DNA of 64,000 bases from Eledone cirrhosa (lineage: Eukaryota). Location of the stretch: the NCBI GenBank assembly GCA_964016885.1, contig OZ024741.1, forward strand, positions 33,914,001 through 33,978,000, written 5' to 3'. Positions 61,120 to 64,000 of the stretch are shown piece by piece. Within the stretch, counting starts at the first letter, position 1. Every line of letters starts with the position of its first letter. Below the pieces are notes generated by a model, which saw nothing but the letters and a program-made list of their open reading frames with translations, did no database searches and was not told where the DNA came from. The translations under genes were made by a program, and so were the position numbers.

Positions 61120-61849
61120 ACTCTACTTTGCTATTGAGTATTATTTTCTCTCGGCCGTTAACTACATTTGTATATATATATATATATACAGTGTACTTCC
61201 AGCATTTGCAGTTCTTCTTATTTTTATTATATTTTATGTTATATTTTATGTTTATAGGCATTTTTATGGACCACGTCCAATATTCATGGTTTTTCTCTTC
61301 GTTGGTGCTCTAGGAATGTAATCCCTGTGAATATCGGGGAACAACTGTATATGGACACAGGCATGGCCAAATTGTTAAGAAGTTCACTTTGCTATTATGA
61401 GGTATCAAGTTCAATGAAACTTGTGGCATCTTGGACATCTCTTTTACCATAGCATTTGGTCACTCCAAACTTAGTGAATGAAATTAAGGAGACGGAAACT
61501 GTAGAATCCATTTGGATGCACTGTATACCTGTAATTCAAAGGTTATACTTTATTATACTGATTCCATTTGGGAATTACATTCACTGTTAACATCCTCTAA
61601 TTATTTAGCAGAACATATTTAAAAATGGGCTTGTTAATTCAAATGTTTAAAGTATTTTCACTATTGGTCAGAAAATTATTGTGAAAATTTGCAGTATTAG
61701 AGTAAAGTCTGTAACATTTAATCCAATGCTGTCATAGTGCTGTTTTATATTTTTCTAGAACATTTTGCTAATGCGGTTTCATGTAGTACAGGATATTTAG
61801 TGTTAAGGTTACACGTGTTTCTTTCTATATGTTTGGAATGGTACATCAT

Positions 61850-62195
61850 CATCATCATTAATGTCCACTTTCCAAGCTAGCATGGTTTGTCCCATTTGAA
61901 GCAAGTTGGGTCAGGTGACAGTGTCTCACTCATATAGAATTGTTTCTGGCTAGATTTCTATAGCTGGATGCTGTTCCTAACGCCAACCACTTTACAGTGT
62001 GGGCTAGGTGCTTTTTCTTGTGACACCTACATGACCACTTTACAGTGTGAACCGGGTGCTTTTTGTCGTGACACCTTTACAGTGTGGGCTGGGTATTTTT
62101 TGCCATGACTTATACACAACCACTTTACAGCGTGGGTTGGGTGCTTTTTGTTGTGACAGCTACACGACCACCTTACAGTGTGGGCTGGGTGCTTT
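61850..62195 (-). mobile_element. RTE-tailed SINE with ~5 tandem ~45-bp internal modules
   Basis: CCACTTTACAGTGTGGGCTGGGTGCTTTTTG.CGTGACACCTAC repeated from ~61987 to ~62190. Confidence 0.75.
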
Positions 62196-62227
62196 ACATA
62201 TCAGTAAAAATGGTGCCTATTACTAAT

Positions 62228-63030
62228 TAATTGTTTCTACTTTTGGCACAAGGCCAGCAATTACCAGTGCATTACTGGTACTTTATTTTATCGACCCCAT
62301 AAGGATGAAAGGCAAAGTTAACCTCGGCGGGATTTGAACTCAGAATGGCAAGGGCCGTAACTCTATGCGTAAAAGCTTGGCGTCCGACATTCTACCAATA
62401 CTGCCAATCCACCGCTTTTGGTCCCTATTACTAATTAATTGTTTCTACTTTAGGCACAAGGCCAGCAATTACCCAGTGTATTACTGGTACTTTACTAATT
62501 AATATCAGTAAGAAATGGTTGGGCTGCTGGGGAAGAAGACTAGGAAGACAAAACAAAAACTAAAAAGTAATGCATATAATAGTCTTTTGACATAAGTAAC
62601 AGAAAGTGTTGGAGACATGTAAATGTGTAGAGAAAGGACTACCTTGATATAGGATCTTGATGACAACTGTTGACAAGATATAGCTGGTGGACTATAGAAG
62701 TGGTCTATAGATCAACTAAAGACCAAAAGATTTCATTGAAGAAGAGTGATGTGAACCCTTCAAGAGTCTTTCGAGTATCAAATCAGTCAGCTGGTAACAG
62801 AATTACTCAGAAATTCTCTGTTGAAACAATACCAACAGTATATCATAATTGTTTCTACTTTTGGTACAAGGCCAGCAATTACCCAAGTGCATTACTGGTA
62901 CTTTATTTTATCGACCCCGTAAGGATGAAAGGCAAAGTTAACCTTGACGGGATTTGAACTCAGATCGTAAAGGGACGTAACTATGCTATAAAGCATGTCC
63001 GACCCTCTACTGATACTGCCAATCCACCAC
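62228..63030 (-). mobile_element. SINE family A copies (62228-62415, 62433-62493 partial, 62845-63030)
   Basis: Match the family A consensus. Confidence 0.85.
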
Positions 63031-63394
63031 CGTAGTCACCGTATATAATAATATTGGTCAATCTGATGCTAGGTTTGCAGAGACACATGTCAAGGTGTTG
63101 TATCAAACCTGGAACTAATTCTGTTGTTACATGAGAGGAATATTGTAGCTAGGATGAATGTCTTCATCCAGGCTTGAGTTATTGTTTCAATTATATATAG
63201 GTCATTTGGTTTGTGGCAATATTGACCAAACTATACAGGCATTCCTTTCTAATTGGCCCTTCTTCTCCTCCTCATTAATATTATTGTTATTATTATTATT
63301 ATTAGTTCCTTACAAAATAGATTGAAATTACAATAAGAATTATGTTAACGAGAACCTGATTGATGTTTGTATTTCCTTGATGGATACTAATGGG

Positions 63395-63695
63395 TATCTT
63401 CATCACTACCATCATCATGAACATCACCATCATCACAATCACCATCATCACCATTATCAAGATCATTGTCATCACCATTATCACAATCACCACCAACGTC
63501 ATCATCATAATCATCATCATCATCATCACCATCATCATCATCACCATCACCACCATCATCATCGTCATCATCATTATGAATATCATCATCATCACCATCA
63601 TCATCACCATCACTATCATCATCATTACGATCATCATTGTCATTGTCATCACCATCACCATCATCATCATGACGATCATCATTGTCATCGCCATC

Positions 63696-63726
<31 letters not shown>

Positions 63727-63728
63727 CC

Positions 63729-63777
<49 letters not shown>

Positions 63778-63960
63778 CCATCATCATCATCACCATCACC
63801 ATCATCATCATCACCATCACCATCATCATCATCACCATCATCATCATCACCATCATCATCATCACCATCATCATCGTCATCATCATCATGAATATCATCA
63901 TCATCATCACCATCATCATCATCATGAAGATCATCATTGTCATCGCCATCATCATCATCA
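63395..63960. repeat. (CAT/CAC)n triplet repeat
   Basis: Directly visible; gives the poly-His/poly-Met spurious ORFs. Confidence 0.95.
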
Positions 63961-64000
63961 TTGCTGTTATTATTGCTAATTATGATTGTTAATAGTGTGA

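Noticed and set aside
63302-63992. Poly-His / poly-Met proteins (also 49875-50924 and 26626-28116)
   Set aside because: Pure triplet microsatellite translations.

Overview
Repeat-dominated, AT-rich eukaryotic DNA, intronic or intergenic. The SINE and RTE repertoire resembles octopod cephalopod genomes as I recall them; this is an inference, not a database result. No intact host gene is evident, and nearly all long ORFs are translations of simple or tandem repeats or decayed LINE fragments. The window holds many truncated RTE-clade LINEs (several with a C4HC3 PHD-like finger), a CR1-type RT fragment, L1/Tx1 and R4-like relics, several tRNA-derived SINE families, DNA-transposon MITEs (piggyBac-, hAT-, Tc1/mariner- and Helitron-like) and large mini/microsatellite arrays. 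The main signal missing from the ORF track is nine complete type-I hammerhead ribozyme (HHR)-like folds plus several partial ones, in about 7 different sequence contexts. Most lie in small non-coding elements in or next to (TA)n tracts, some as tandem or fold-back copies. The best case is a ~571-bp HHR monomer repeated head-to-tail and then inverted (9913-11900), adjacent to the 3' end of a Penelope-like element with a GIY-YIG C-terminal motif and a minimal HHR. This points to a Penelope-driven, retrozyme-like self-cleaving RNA system. A candidate recursive splice site (CAG|GTAAGT) lies at 57581-57589.
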